The position numbers and the translations under genes are program-made. The notes under the pieces are model-generated. The model made no database searches. It saw only the letters and a program-made list of their open reading frames with translations, and was not told the origin of the DNA. Positions 10,412 to 20,502 of a stretch of DNA of 64,000 nt are shown piece after piece. This DNA comes from a virus (taxonomy: Duplodnaviria; Heunggongvirae; Uroviricota; Caudoviricetes), in IMG/VR virus record IMGVR_UViG_3300029880_000003, positions 66,978 through 130,977 of that record; one strand, written 5' to 3'. Each line of letters starts with the position of its first letter. Position 1 is the stretch's first letter.

Positions 10412-10969
10412 TTAACCCAGAACCTTGATACGGGCAGTGAACATTTCATTTGCATAACCATAGTTGTGTGCTGCGGTTGCAAGGGTGCCACCAACGATGC
10501 GCTTACGCTCGACAACTGCTTCCATAACAGGAGCAGAATCAGTCTTTACAGCGGTAGCATCGGCAGCGACAAGCTTACCAGAATCAGCATCGATGGTAAG
10601 GAATGCACCAATCTTCATCTTTGCCTGGGAAGCTGCTGTTACACCCTCGATGGTAATTGCGAACTCGTCATTCTTAGCAACAACGAATACGCGGAAGGGG
10701 GTGCCAGCCTTGATAACAAACTTATCACGGCGCTGGTTGGTGATGCGGCAGGTATCCTCGTCCCATGCAGGTTGATTTGCTACTACTACAGATTCACCAG
10801 CCTTAAAACCCCTCTTAAACTTATAAATGTGACTACCTTCCTCAGCCTGTTCGCCGAGATAACCAAAGGTGCCGTTTTCAATATCCTCTTCTGCTACGCA
10901 ATCAAAAATGCGCTCAGCGAAGCGGGATGCCTTCATATTAGTGGACTCAAAGACAGTATACTTAGCCAT
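10412..10969 (-). CDS. head decoration/scaffold-like protein
   Basis: 185-aa ORF between protease and MCP. Confidence 0.35.
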   Translation of the reverse strand: MAKYTVFESTNMKASRFAERIFDCVAEEDIENGTFGYLGEQAEEGSHIYKFKRGFKAGESVVVANQPAWDEDTCRITNQRRDKFVIKAGTPFRVFVVAKNDEFAITIEGVTAASQAKMKIGAFLTIDADSGKLVAADATAVKTDSAPVMEAVVERKRIVGGTLATAAHNYGYANEMFTARIKVLG

Positions 10970-10998
10970 TTAAAGCCTCCTTAATTATTAATCAAAAT

Positions 10999-12483
10999 TT
11001 ATCGACCAACTGGGATGCGACCATACTTTGTGGATACCCAACAGTTAGTCTCGTCATCGCCATCGTTCATAACGCCTACAACAGCAGCGCCAGCATTCTG
11101 TGCGCTGAAGTTGCTCTTGGAACGGTTTGCCTTCACATAAAGGACAGCACATTCCTTCTCGATGTCATCAACAGACAATTCATCTTTCTTTTCCTTAAGA
11201 GCAGCAAATTCAGCTACTTCAGAGAGTTCATCTTCGTACTCTGCGAACTTAGCATCCTTTGCGGCGTTGATTTCGTCATTCTTGCGCTTTTCCTCGTCAA
11301 GAACATACTCATCATACTTAGGCTTGATCTCATCGAAATCAGCCTTTACCTGAGCATAGTCAGTCTCGACCTGCTCCTTGGCTTGCTCAGCTTCGGAAAC
11401 CTTTTCCTCTGCTGCGCTAACCTTCTCAAATGCAGCTTCCTCAATCTTGGCGATATGCTCACCAAACTCGAAGCCACCTTCAGGAACAGCCGAACCCTCT
11501 TCGTAATTCTCGAAGCGAATCTTCTTGCGGGAACCATTCTCGAAATCAATCTCAGGCTTGTCACCGTTGATGGTGAACGTGAAGCCATAATAGCGATAGT
11601 TGTCCGCTGAATCCACGACAATTACCTCATTGTCCTGAATGTCTGCCATGTAGTAGCGGGGGACATCATCGCCCCAGCGATTCTTCGTGGTCGCATGTTC
11701 GTTGACCATCGCAGCCATATCTGAGAACTGTTCCATGACGGTCTGTGCGAAATCTGTTTCGGGCATATTCCTAACACCTCCTTGACTTGTTTTGTCGTTC
11801 ACCAACTTGGTGAAAGTCGTAAACTTATCGTTTAATTCGCTTTGGACAGCTTTTGTAAACTCGTCCATAGCAAACTTAACATCATTAATCTTTACATTTG
11901 CGCCAGTCATGGCGGGTTGAACACCCTCGCCCAACATGCAGCAACCATCGAATTGGAACGTGTCAAAATGGAACAATCCATCGTCTTCCTCATGTCCATC
12001 AACGGAGTACACATTAAGCTCCATGCTCTGATCCTTTTCGGAATCTCTGCGAAGAATGCTTGTTGAGTCACTAAACTTCTCCCAAAGCAAAGCGTCAACT
12101 TGCAAGAACTCACGCTCTTGACCATCATCACACAGTTTTGTAAACCACCGTGGGTTACAAGACTCTGGAATCACGCCGAAAGCATGTCCGAGGTAAAATT
12201 CCTCTACACCATTCTCGGTCTTGGTCAGTACGTGTTCATGTCCAAGAAAGTCGTTTTCGTTTGTATACTTGTCGCGTTTTACAAACCCAAGAACTGGGGT
12301 GTTCTTAATTGAATCAACGCAATTATCAACGACTTCCTTTGAGAAATAACTGCCATTAAGATTCTCACCAGTGTGTAGCACGTCAATAGTGATACTCATA
12401 AACCTAGTATCTTTATCCGAAATCTCTCCATTTACAGAGAAGCGCGAATGTAATGAAGCTGTTTTATCTTCTTTAATCTCCAT
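10999..12483 (-). CDS. prohead protease fused to coiled-coil scaffolding domain
   Basis: N-terminal protease-like region (LGFVKRD...LGHE), C-terminal Glu/Lys/Ala-rich coiled coil (AAFEKVSAAEEKVSEAEQAKEQVE). Confidence 0.5.
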   Translation of the reverse strand: MEIKEDKTASLHSRFSVNGEISDKDTRFMSITIDVLHTGENLNGSYFSKEVVDNCVDSIKNTPVLGFVKRDKYTNENDFLGHEHVLTKTENGVEEFYLGHAFGVIPESCNPRWFTKLCDDGQEREFLQVDALLWEKFSDSTSILRRDSEKDQSMELNVYSVDGHEEDDGLFHFDTFQFDGCCMLGEGVQPAMTGANVKINDVKFAMDEFTKAVQSELNDKFTTFTKLVNDKTSQGGVRNMPETDFAQTVMEQFSDMAAMVNEHATTKNRWGDDVPRYYMADIQDNEVIVVDSADNYRYYGFTFTINGDKPEIDFENGSRKKIRFENYEEGSAVPEGGFEFGEHIAKIEEAAFEKVSAAEEKVSEAEQAKEQVETDYAQVKADFDEIKPKYDEYVLDEEKRKNDEINAAKDAKFAEYEDELSEVAEFAALKEKKDELSVDDIEKECAVLYVKANRSKSNFSAQNAGAAVVGVMNDGDDETNCWVSTKYGRIPVGR

Positions 12484-12685
12484 AAAACCTCCATCAAAAC
12501 ATACATCTCTTATAATCGAGCTTCCACTGTTCTATAAGAAAGTCAATAGAATCATCGTATTCAAATACGAAAACGCCATCGTCAATTCTCAATAGTTTGG
12601 AACCTCGCTTGATAAGATAATCTGCAAGCTGTCTGCTATTGCAGTTGAACTCTTTGGTATCTGCCATATTCATACACCTCGCAAA

Positions 12686-14239
12686 TCATAGGCTATTCTT
12701 CTCGCCATCTTTAGTTTTTTCGCCTTCTTCGCTCAGAAGCTCGCCTTTTTCTTCGGCTGAAGGTCTGCCAACTTCTTCCTCGCTCAAAGCACCTGGCTCA
12801 TTGTAAGAAGAGGCAAGAGGCATGAAATTGTTGTGGAAGTCGAATATCACATTGTTTGTAATATAAGAGCCAAGCATTCTAGATGGAGTCATATCCAGAG
12901 AAGCCATCCATTTGTCGATTACTGTTGCTCCGAGAGCAATGGCATCTTTGTATCTATTAGATACGTTATCTCTGTTGAAAATAGTGATATCAAGGAGATA
13001 AAAGAAGAACTTATAATTCTTCTTATTGTATCGTCTAACCTTGATAAACCTGTTGACCCATCGTTCAAGTTGTCTATATACTCCGTATACAAAACCAGAA
13101 TCATTCTCCACAGAGAATGTTACGGCGGTGCCAGAAGAAGAGCCGTTATACAGCTCTCTTGTCTCACCAGAAGAGTTGTAAAGCTCATCAACAGCATCGG
13201 AAACATTGTTTCTAGTGTTAGAAGAGTTCTTGAAGCTAACTGCTTCACCACTTGAACCAAGAGTGTGGATTAAGCCGATATCGTCACTCATGCTCTCACG
13301 GTTCAATTGAGCAAATACGCCAAGAGTCTCTGGCGTAAGAAGTGGCTTGTCAACGGTGTCTTTGTCAATAGGCACCTCAACCATAATAGCCTTATAGTTA
13401 TCAGTTCTAGCAGATTGAAGCTTTAGCTTCTTATATACGTCTAAATCCAAGATATCTTTTATCAACCCAATAAGAATAGGGAATGGATATGACCATTGGC
13501 TGTTGAACTTGACGCAGATCTGCTTATCAGCAGGAGGGACGTACCACTTGCTAGACTGTCTGCCCTCTATGTATTCCAAATATGCATCTTGCACATAGTC
13601 TGGATATGCATTCAGATGCTTCTTATCTATAGAAGCCAAGTCCATCCTGAAATTATACATTCCGTCTTGAACTTGATACAGCTCACACTGCTCAAAATAT
13701 ATCTCCTGAAAGAAGAAGTCCTCTGAGTTCTCGACAACAAGACCACAGTAAATGTCCTGATATGGGAGCTTTCTCATAATCTTTGCAAACTCATGTTTCA
13801 GATTCATTCCTTCAAGTTTTGCAGCAAGATTAGTATACTGCTTTTTAACAGTGTTAATATTGGCAGTATCTTTAACATCGTATAAATCAACCCACCAACA
13901 GAACATTGCTAGATTGCTATACAGGCTATTCAGTCTATAGTAATGAGGAGAGACACGCATCAACTGCTCAGAAGCTCGCAGCAAAACTCGCCACCCTTTT
14001 TTAGGATGATCCATAGCAAATCTGACTTCTTCGAGTTTTACGTTGCCAATTCGGTCAGTATCTATAACTTCTGAGTTGGTGATAAGATCGCGCATCATAA
14101 GTCTGCTGAAAGATGACCAATCAACTTTGCCTTCTCTCTCGGCTTTAGTAAAAGATTCTTCATCGCGCTTATAATCAGATTCACTATAAGCGACTACATT
14201 CATCGAATCTTTATCTTCATTTGATTTATCTGGCATCAA
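12686..14239 (-). CDS. portal protein
   Basis: 517 aa, between terminase large subunit and protease. Confidence 0.5.
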   Translation of the reverse strand: MMPDKSNEDKDSMNVVAYSESDYKRDEESFTKAEREGKVDWSSFSRLMMRDLITNSEVIDTDRIGNVKLEEVRFAMDHPKKGWRVLLRASEQLMRVSPHYYRLNSLYSNLAMFCWWVDLYDVKDTANINTVKKQYTNLAAKLEGMNLKHEFAKIMRKLPYQDIYCGLVVENSEDFFFQEIYFEQCELYQVQDGMYNFRMDLASIDKKHLNAYPDYVQDAYLEYIEGRQSSKWYVPPADKQICVKFNSQWSYPFPILIGLIKDILDLDVYKKLKLQSARTDNYKAIMVEVPIDKDTVDKPLLTPETLGVFAQLNRESMSDDIGLIHTLGSSGEAVSFKNSSNTRNNVSDAVDELYNSSGETRELYNGSSSGTAVTFSVENDSGFVYGVYRQLERWVNRFIKVRRYNKKNYKFFFYLLDITIFNRDNVSNRYKDAIALGATVIDKWMASLDMTPSRMLGSYITNNVIFDFHNNFMPLASSYNEPGALSEEEVGRPSAEEKGELLSEEGEKTKDGEKNSL

Positions 14240-14257
14240 GTCACCTCCTCATCAACA

Positions 14258-15823
14258 TCAGTACATTGTAGGTCTATGGTTTAATTTGCTCATCTTGGCT
14301 GCGTAATCTTGGATATTGAACCCTACGTTAGCCTTGTGAAGCAGCTCTCGTTCAAGTTGGCACTGAACCCAATAGTTGTAAGCAAGAGAACTGTAACGGT
14401 CTTTTCTCATACCAGAACGCTCTTTAATCTTGATGTTAGTGCCTTTAACTTCGTATTCGAGCTTGATAAGCTCATTTACGAGCAATGTTGTTTGAATATA
14501 TGGCATCTTATATGGCAATTGCTCTTGCTCTGTCATTTTTGAAAACCCTGAGATTTTCTTCTTTAAGATATCTTCTGCATCGGGTTCTTCTGGAACTAGC
14601 AAATTTATTCTGCCAGTTTTAAATGCATTTCTCAAAAGAATACAGATCTCGTTGTTGAATGTTGCACTGCCCTTGATAGACCATATCTCTTTAGGAGCGC
14701 CATCAACTTTACACCGATCCGCCATAATATCATCGTTGCAGCACGAAAGAGCTGGATATAGTTCACCAGTTTCAGGATCTACGATATCTTGTACCAATTG
14801 ATCATAAACTCCGATACCAGCACCCAATGTATCAACAACCAAATCGGTACATTTATAAGTTTTATATAATCTGCGAATAATAAGGGCTAATTCATTAGTA
14901 TTCAACCCTTCGTGATTTTCCATATATACTATATTCGCAATATAGTTATTATCATTTGTAGGAATCGCACTATTAATAATGATAGAACTGGCATCGTTCT
15001 TATGTTTTTTAGAAGCCATAAGAGCAATGTCTACAGATAAAATCCTTCTTTCGTTCGGTACAAGATCTGGGATTTTATATGTTTTATTTTGTATCGAAGA
15101 TGGCGGATATATTGCAGTTTTAAGTTTTCTTCTGGTTGATATGTCGCTAAGCTTAAAGAACGAACCATCAGTATCTCCGTAGAATAGGCTACCCATCTCC
15201 ATAGACCATTTAACCTCGTCAAAGTCTTCTTCAGACATTTCATCTTGAACTGCCTCCTTTTGGAGAAGTCCTTCTTTAATAGATATCTGATATGGAAGAC
15301 TACAAATAAAATATTTCTTATCTGGGTCTAGCAAGTTCGCAGTATATGCTTTTGCTTTTTCATAAGCCCAGTGGTCTACGTACCACGCCGAACTCATGTA
15401 GATCTCTTTATTTCGCTCAAGCATATGAGCGTACTTCGGATTATTGAGATAACCTGGCGTTCTTGGTGCCGTCAAGAATTTCTTTAAAACAGTGTCGATT
15501 GTATCTTTGTCTACCATACGGAATTCATCACAAACAAGAACGTTAGCTCTACCACCGCGCCCTGTGTCTGAGGCAGTGACAACTTTTATGTAAGATCCAT
15601 TTTTAAAATTAATCACGGCATTGTTAATACCTACAGTGTGAAATGATATTTCGCGTTTTAAATTCTCCGAACCCCAGCCATGAAGTTTCATAAAGTCATC
15701 TTCAATTTTCAATAAAACTTCATTTGCCTGTGTTCTAGTAGAAGATGCCACGCATATCTTTGTTCCTGGGAACAATATGCATCGGCAAACGCAAAACAAA
15801 GCAGTCAAAAAAGTCTTACCTTG
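14258..15823 (-). CDS. terL: terminase large subunit, exon 2
   Basis: reading frame opens directly after in-frame TAA and begins Q-G-K-T-F-L-T-A-L (Walker A lysine) with no ATG or RBS; Walker B VLVCDEF; nuclease domain follows. Confidence 0.7.
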   Translation of the reverse strand, partial: QGKTFLTALFCVCRCILFPGTKICVASSTRTQANEVLLKIEDDFMKLHGWGSENLKREISFHTVGINNAVINFKNGSYIKVVTASDTGRGGRANVLVCDEFRMVDKDTIDTVLKKFLTAPRTPGYLNNPKYAHMLERNKEIYMSSAWYVDHWAYEKAKAYTANLLDPDKKYFICSLPYQISIKEGLLQKEAVQDEMSEEDFDEVKWSMEMGSLFYGDTDGSFFKLSDISTRRKLKTAIYPPSSIQNKTYKIPDLVPNERRILSVDIALMASKKHKNDASSIIINSAIPTNDNNYIANIVYMENHEGLNTNELALIIRRLYKTYKCTDLVVDTLGAGIGVYDQLVQDIVDPETGELYPALSCCNDDIMADRCKVDGAPKEIWSIKGSATFNNEICILLRNAFKTGRINLLVPEEPDAEDILKKKISGFSKMTEQEQLPYKMPYIQTTLLVNELIKLEYEVKGTNIKIKERSGMRKDRYSSLAYNYWVQCQLERELLHKANVGFNIQDYAAKMSKLNHRPTMY

Positions 15824-17136
15824 CGGTTGTTATTAACCATAGGCTTTTTATCCTATGCTCTGGAAGTTTCCTTCATTTTCATCGGCATGTCTTTTCATGC
15901 CCAGCCTAGCACATATTTTCACCTACGACTCTACGTTTAGGTGGAGAAGACTCGTGGAGATGTTATATTTATTCAATCTCTGTGCGTTACGGTGCAAATT
16001 AGCCTTACGCAATCTAATTTGTTACCTCGGTATTAGCATATAATGTTACCTACTTAGCCTTCACCGATTTTCCTCTCTTTAATTACCTGCTCATTTCTGA
16101 GCAGGAAGACCATTTTTATACAATAAGTATTTTTGATATTTTCTATCTAATTTTTGAACATTGACATCGTAATAAATTAAATCCAATAGCTTTTCTGCAT
16201 TTGTACCATATAAATTCAATCTGTATTTTCTATCGTTCTCTTTATATACATTTGATTTTATTGAATATTCGGACAATTTATTTTTGATATACACAAGAAC
16301 ATCATCAAATGAAGACGTTATGTGGACGTAGAGATGATTGTTATTGCCTATATAAATACAACCATCTCCATCGATGTAGCCCCTTAGAAAATCTAAGAAG
16401 TAATCATCTAGCTCTGGGAAAACTTTATGATTTGTTTTATCTGGCACAACTCCATGAGAAATCAAGTCGGAGACTATATCTTTTGAATACACTCTAATTA
16501 AGGCAGTATCACTAATTGATTTTTCTGGATAGCCACAGATATATTTTTCTCTATGTCTGAATTTTATATCATGTGCATTTCCGAGTTCGCTGTTGAAATC
16601 CTCTAACAGTTTAACATCGTTCTCCTGCAATTCAATTGCCAACTCATACGTTCTTCTATCTGTATTGCATTGAATACTGCCGTCAGCAAATATAAAACCA
16701 AGCCAATACGCTTTGTTATTGGTATCTATGAACTTGAAATATCTTTTATCAAAATTCCTTAACTTAGTGTCGCAGTTATTGTTTATCCAACCTCTAACTT
16801 GCCTCTCGGTAAAGCCAAGTTCTTTTGCAATATCAGAGTATTTCATACTCGTATAATTGTTGGACATGTATTCAATATCGCTCTTACTAAAAATAGACCG
16901 ATTTGATTTCTTGTATCCATTGTTGTTCAGCCAACCATTTATTTGTTGTGGCGTATACCCACCTAAGTTTTCTCCGATTTCTTTATATGTCATATGCTCA
17001 TAATTTGATAGTATGTAATTTATCTGTTCGTCATTAAATAATTTTCTCATATCAACCTCTTTCGCTAAGGAAAGAGGTGGACGGTGGCTATCCGCCAAAC
17101 CTCAATTAAATACGTTTACTTATCGTAATGCTTTCG
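15824..17136 (-). mobile_element. group I intron with LAGLIDADG homing endonuclease ORF, inserted in terL
   Basis: exon 1 ends in U (GGU), intron ends in G (…AACAACCG); splicing joins …YIAARG to QGKTFLTAL, giving AARGQGKT ([AG]x4GK[ST]); about 1313 nt, AT-rich, stem-rich flanks. Confidence 0.7.
16091..17050 (-). CDS. LAGLIDADG homing endonuclease (double-motif) with N-terminal tandem HTH-like repeats
   Basis: motifs YWLGFIFADGSI and LRGYIDGDGCI; own AGAGGT RBS before ATG at 17050; N-terminal repeats …NY..M.Y.EI…LG….Q(I/V).GW(L/I)NNN twice. Confidence 0.85.
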   Translation of the reverse strand: MRKLFNDEQINYILSNYEHMTYKEIGENLGGYTPQQINGWLNNNGYKKSNRSIFSKSDIEYMSNNYTSMKYSDIAKELGFTERQVRGWINNNCDTKLRNFDKRYFKFIDTNNKAYWLGFIFADGSIQCNTDRRTYELAIELQENDVKLLEDFNSELGNAHDIKFRHREKYICGYPEKSISDTALIRVYSKDIVSDLISHGVVPDKTNHKVFPELDDYFLDFLRGYIDGDGCIYIGNNNHLYVHITSSFDDVLVYIKNKLSEYSIKSNVYKENDRKYRLNLYGTNAEKLLDLIYYDVNVQKLDRKYQKYLLYKNGLPAQK

Positions 17137-17346
17137 ACCTCGTGCTGCAATATACATAAAATAATAATTATGCATCATTGCATACAATAATATTTTCTGA
17201 AACAGCTTTAATTTCACATTTAGGTAATCAGCTACAAATCTCTGAGGATTGCTTCGATAGAAAGCAGTCCATGCAGCAACACCATCCATAATCCTAGCCG
17301 ACTTCTCATTGGCTATCTCTTTTTCGGATTTCTTTCTCTTAGCCAT
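17137..17346 (-). CDS. terL: terminase large subunit, exon 1
   Basis: [10 protein letters not shown]…FQKILLYAM…YIAARG then intron read-through RKHYDK-stop; 1-nt overlap ATGA with terS. Confidence 0.65.
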
Positions 17347-18392
17347 TATGACTTCTCCTCTTCATCGGAGATGTCACTTCCGAAGAGGGCATCGAAGATA
17401 GCTTCGTTATCCTCTTCTTCGGCATACTCTGGCTTCTCAGCAGTATACTTAGCCATGAACCTATCATACAAATTAGACAGACCATTCTTAAGACCCATCA
17501 TCTTAGCAAGATGCCCTCTAAAGAATGTATCCAGATAAAGTCCGATCTTGTCAACATCAGCCAATTCAGGATCGCAATCTGGAATCGGTCTTGTATTTTC
17601 CCATTTGTCGATGAGAGTGCCAAGCGTCTGAGAATCAGACATTGCCTCACCAGAGTTTTGCTTTGGCTGCAACTTCGCAGAATCAAGAAGCTTCTGGAAC
17701 TGTATCGTCAAATCCTTCGTATCACCCTTGGCTCTGTTGGCTCTCTGCAACTCTAACTGGGTAAAGCAAATCTGCTTGAACAGCTCTTCTTGAGCCTTCG
17801 TATTGCACTCATGTCTGGCAGTCCAATCAGTGTATTGGCTATACAGATAAAGATAATCTTCTTTTTCAAAGCCTTCACCGAATATCTCTATTGCCTTGGC
17901 AATCTTATCGTTCGCCTTGATATCGCTCTCTGTAACCAGCATAGTAGGGGAGGAGTCTTTGCCACCCTCGACAATCTTCTCATTGATGGTACCATCATAA
18001 CCCTTTTCCCTGTTTTGACTTAGATTGATTCGTTTAACATACAAACCAACCAACGGGGTGTCGATATATCTCCCAGACTTCTGATCGTTGACTGCCGCAT
18101 CAAGCACTTTGTCGGCATAATACCAATCCATTAGCATACATATTCGTTCCATTGCTTTCCGCTCTGGATTTGTGTAACCTAGCGATTTATACTTCGTAGC
18201 ATAATCGTAGCAAAGCTTGTCTAAGCATTCTTTGCAAATCGGTACTTTGCCAACAGCTCCGAACGCCTTGCTTTTAGTAGCATAAAAATTTTTCTTAAAA
18301 TCAAGCTTCTCTCCACAGCAGAGACAAAACGTCTTTGTTGGCGGATTCTTAAGAAACTCCTTTTCCTTTGGCGGTCTGCCTCTGGTAGCCAT
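17346..18392 (-). CDS. terS: terminase small subunit (putative)
   Basis: directly upstream of terL; likely start ATG at 18392 after GAGGTG RBS ([12 protein letters not shown]…); acidic C-terminus. Confidence 0.45.
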   Translation of the reverse strand: MATRGRPPKEKEFLKNPPTKTFCLCCGEKLDFKKNFYATKSKAFGAVGKVPICKECLDKLCYDYATKYKSLGYTNPERKAMERICMLMDWYYADKVLDAAVNDQKSGRYIDTPLVGLYVKRINLSQNREKGYDGTINEKIVEGGKDSSPTMLVTESDIKANDKIAKAIEIFGEGFEKEDYLYLYSQYTDWTARHECNTKAQEELFKQICFTQLELQRANRAKGDTKDLTIQFQKLLDSAKLQPKQNSGEAMSDSQTLGTLIDKWENTRPIPDCDPELADVDKIGLYLDTFFRGHLAKMMGLKNGLSNLYDRFMAKYTAEKPEYAEEEDNEAIFDALFGSDISDEEEKS

Positions 18393-18457
18393 AGGCATCA
18401 CCTCTATAATTTCTTCAAACAAAAACAGCCCTCAACATTGAGAGCTACAATAAATCA

Positions 18458-19723
18458 TTAGAACTTTACGTCATACAGGCAATCCAAGCCATCTTTAGTA
18501 ACAACAGAGATTGTCTGCTCAGCCTTGTTTCGCAAACGCTTATCAAGGCAATAATCATCAGTAGACGATAACGAGCCAGACTGAATTACCTTAGTGTCAT
18601 ATACCGTAGACATTGCATTGGTATGCCTATGCCCAAGATACACAAGGGCGGGGCGAACACCGAACAGAAGCGTGAACTTCTGCACTACAGTCTTGGGATC
18701 GTCTCTATCGCCATGAGAAGCCATGACAATCTTATCTCTTACACTGAACATGGCAATGGTTTCTTCCATATCATTCTCAATGAACGCGATATTCTTGAAG
18801 TTTTGCAGCTTTGCGCTCAAATAGGGAAGAGCAAGCAAGTCTATGTTCTCACCACGAAGAGATTCTTCTTTGTTTGGTGAGATGCGTGAATGATTGCCTG
18901 GTACAACAAACACTTCAACTTTCTCAAAACGATAACTCAACTCTGCTAAGAATTGAGAAAGATAATCGGTAACTGTCAAGAATTGCTCGATAAGGTTCTG
19001 GTTGTTCTCGATTCTAAGAGTCGGATGAATGATGCCAGAGCAAAGTTCGCTCAAGATAACATATGCATTCTCAGAACCGTGACGGAGCTGAACTTCGAAG
19101 ATCCTATCAAGATAGTGATTCAATCTATCACGTAGAACATCTTCGTTGAATTTATTGAAATAATTGTCAATCTCGATGCCAGCATGTAGGTCTGTCATAG
19201 AGATAACCAAATCGTTGTCAGACTTAATCACACCGTCAAACTTCTTAGACTCATCATAAGAGAGAGGATGGCAGTCATGTTCCGAGATACTTCTAAGAAC
19301 CTGATCTTTGTAGCTTTCTCTACGAGCTTCCTCACGAATAAGACGGTTAAGCTCGGTACGCTCATCCCTGGTCTTAATCTGCTGCTTGGCAAGCTCTTGT
19401 CTCTGATACTCTAGCTCTTTAGCATATTCTTCATTCGTCAATTCCTTGAATACGCCAGCATCATAGTAACGCTTAGCCTGTTGATATGGCTTTCTGAACG
19501 CCGCTTCGGAATACGGCGTGTCCTCATTGCCAGTCTCCTTGTTGATAATATCAGCAATTTCTTCCCAACTCATATTGAGAACACCAGAGTCTTTGGATTG
19601 CCCAAGTCTCCAAATAAATTGCTCGACATTTTCTGATTCTAACTTGTGTAGATTCAAAGCTACACCTCCCGATGTTTCATAACTCGTTACATCTTCATAC
19701 TCAGTGCGCGACGCACACAACAA
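18458..19723 (-). CDS. calcineurin-like metallophosphoesterase (SbcD/Mre11-like) with N-terminal coiled coil
   Basis: motifs DLHAG, VVPGNHSR, GHRH. Confidence 0.55.
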   Translation of the reverse strand: MLCASRTEYEDVTSYETSGGVALNLHKLESENVEQFIWRLGQSKDSGVLNMSWEEIADIINKETGNEDTPYSEAAFRKPYQQAKRYYDAGVFKELTNEEYAKELEYQRQELAKQQIKTRDERTELNRLIREEARRESYKDQVLRSISEHDCHPLSYDESKKFDGVIKSDNDLVISMTDLHAGIEIDNYFNKFNEDVLRDRLNHYLDRIFEVQLRHGSENAYVILSELCSGIIHPTLRIENNQNLIEQFLTVTDYLSQFLAELSYRFEKVEVFVVPGNHSRISPNKEESLRGENIDLLALPYLSAKLQNFKNIAFIENDMEETIAMFSVRDKIVMASHGDRDDPKTVVQKFTLLFGVRPALVYLGHRHTNAMSTVYDTKVIQSGSLSSTDDYCLDKRLRNKAEQTISVVTKDGLDCLYDVKF

Positions 19724-19815
19724 GCGAAGCGCCCGACTCTCACAGACATCTTCCGTGCCATCAATCTTTCATATACTGCCGTTTGTTTTAGGTTTAAACT
19801 AGCTTCGCATGTCGC

Positions 19816-19842
19816 AGAAAAAGCGGGGATGCCCCGCTCGAT
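19816..19842 (-). terminator. rho-independent terminator downstream of HU gene
   Basis: GAGCGGGGCATCCCCGCTTTTTCT read on minus strand. Confidence 0.5.
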
Positions 19843-19992
19843 CTTAAAGTTAACTCTGCATCTTATTTTTCTAAAACAAAGTGCTGCGGCTACCTAATCG
19901 TAACCGCAGCAATAGCAAAGAAAGGTGTAGAAAAATATGAATGCAAAGAAACCATATATAATCAGCGTTATGCTGGTTATACCGAAAATTAA

Positions 19993-20331
19993 TTACTTAC
20001 AAGCATCTGATTTTGCTGTAAGCTTCTCACCGTATTTGCGAGTGACGTTTGCTTTTGGCTTGATTTTCTTCTTGGTCATAATTGTCTCGCCAGTGAGATT
20101 GTTGCGCTTTTCCTTCTCGTCAAGAAAAGTGCTGTCAATGGAAATACCCTCAAACAGTCTAATGGTTACGTCTTTATCAGCGTCAGCTGATGAAAGAAGT
20201 TCAACCATCTGTTCTTCAAGAGCGTCAAGAACCTTCCTGATAAAGCTGTAACGAATGAATTCTGTTCTAGCGATACGCTTCATAATGTCGGATCTTGTAT
20301 ATACAATCTTTTCCTTTTCATTGTTCTCCAT
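19993..20331 (-). CDS. HU/IHF family DNA-binding protein
   Basis: …KRNNLTGETIMTKKKIKPKANV… resembles HU beta-arm RNPxTGE. Confidence 0.6.
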   Translation of the reverse strand: MENNEKEKIVYTRSDIMKRIARTEFIRYSFIRKVLDALEEQMVELLSSADADKDVTIRLFEGISIDSTFLDEKEKRNNLTGETIMTKKKIKPKANVTRKYGEKLTAKSDACK

Positions 20332-20502
20332 TGATTTATTCCTCCGTATCTGTGGTGGAATGGAGGTTCAAATCTTTCAAATTTTCTTAATTTGGATATG
20401 CCCTCCATATTATAAGATTTCACACTTCAACAAATAACCTTGTAACAAGGTCATTTCTAAAATCGCCAAAAATCGCATATAACCTTATTTATATGTCTTT
20501 TG

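Noticed and set aside
16091-17098. LAGLIDADG domain as an intein inside TerL
   Set aside because: The endonuclease is in a different frame, has its own RBS and stop, and is flanked by non-coding structured sequence with U/G splice-site nucleotides. That fits an intron ORF, not an in-frame intein.
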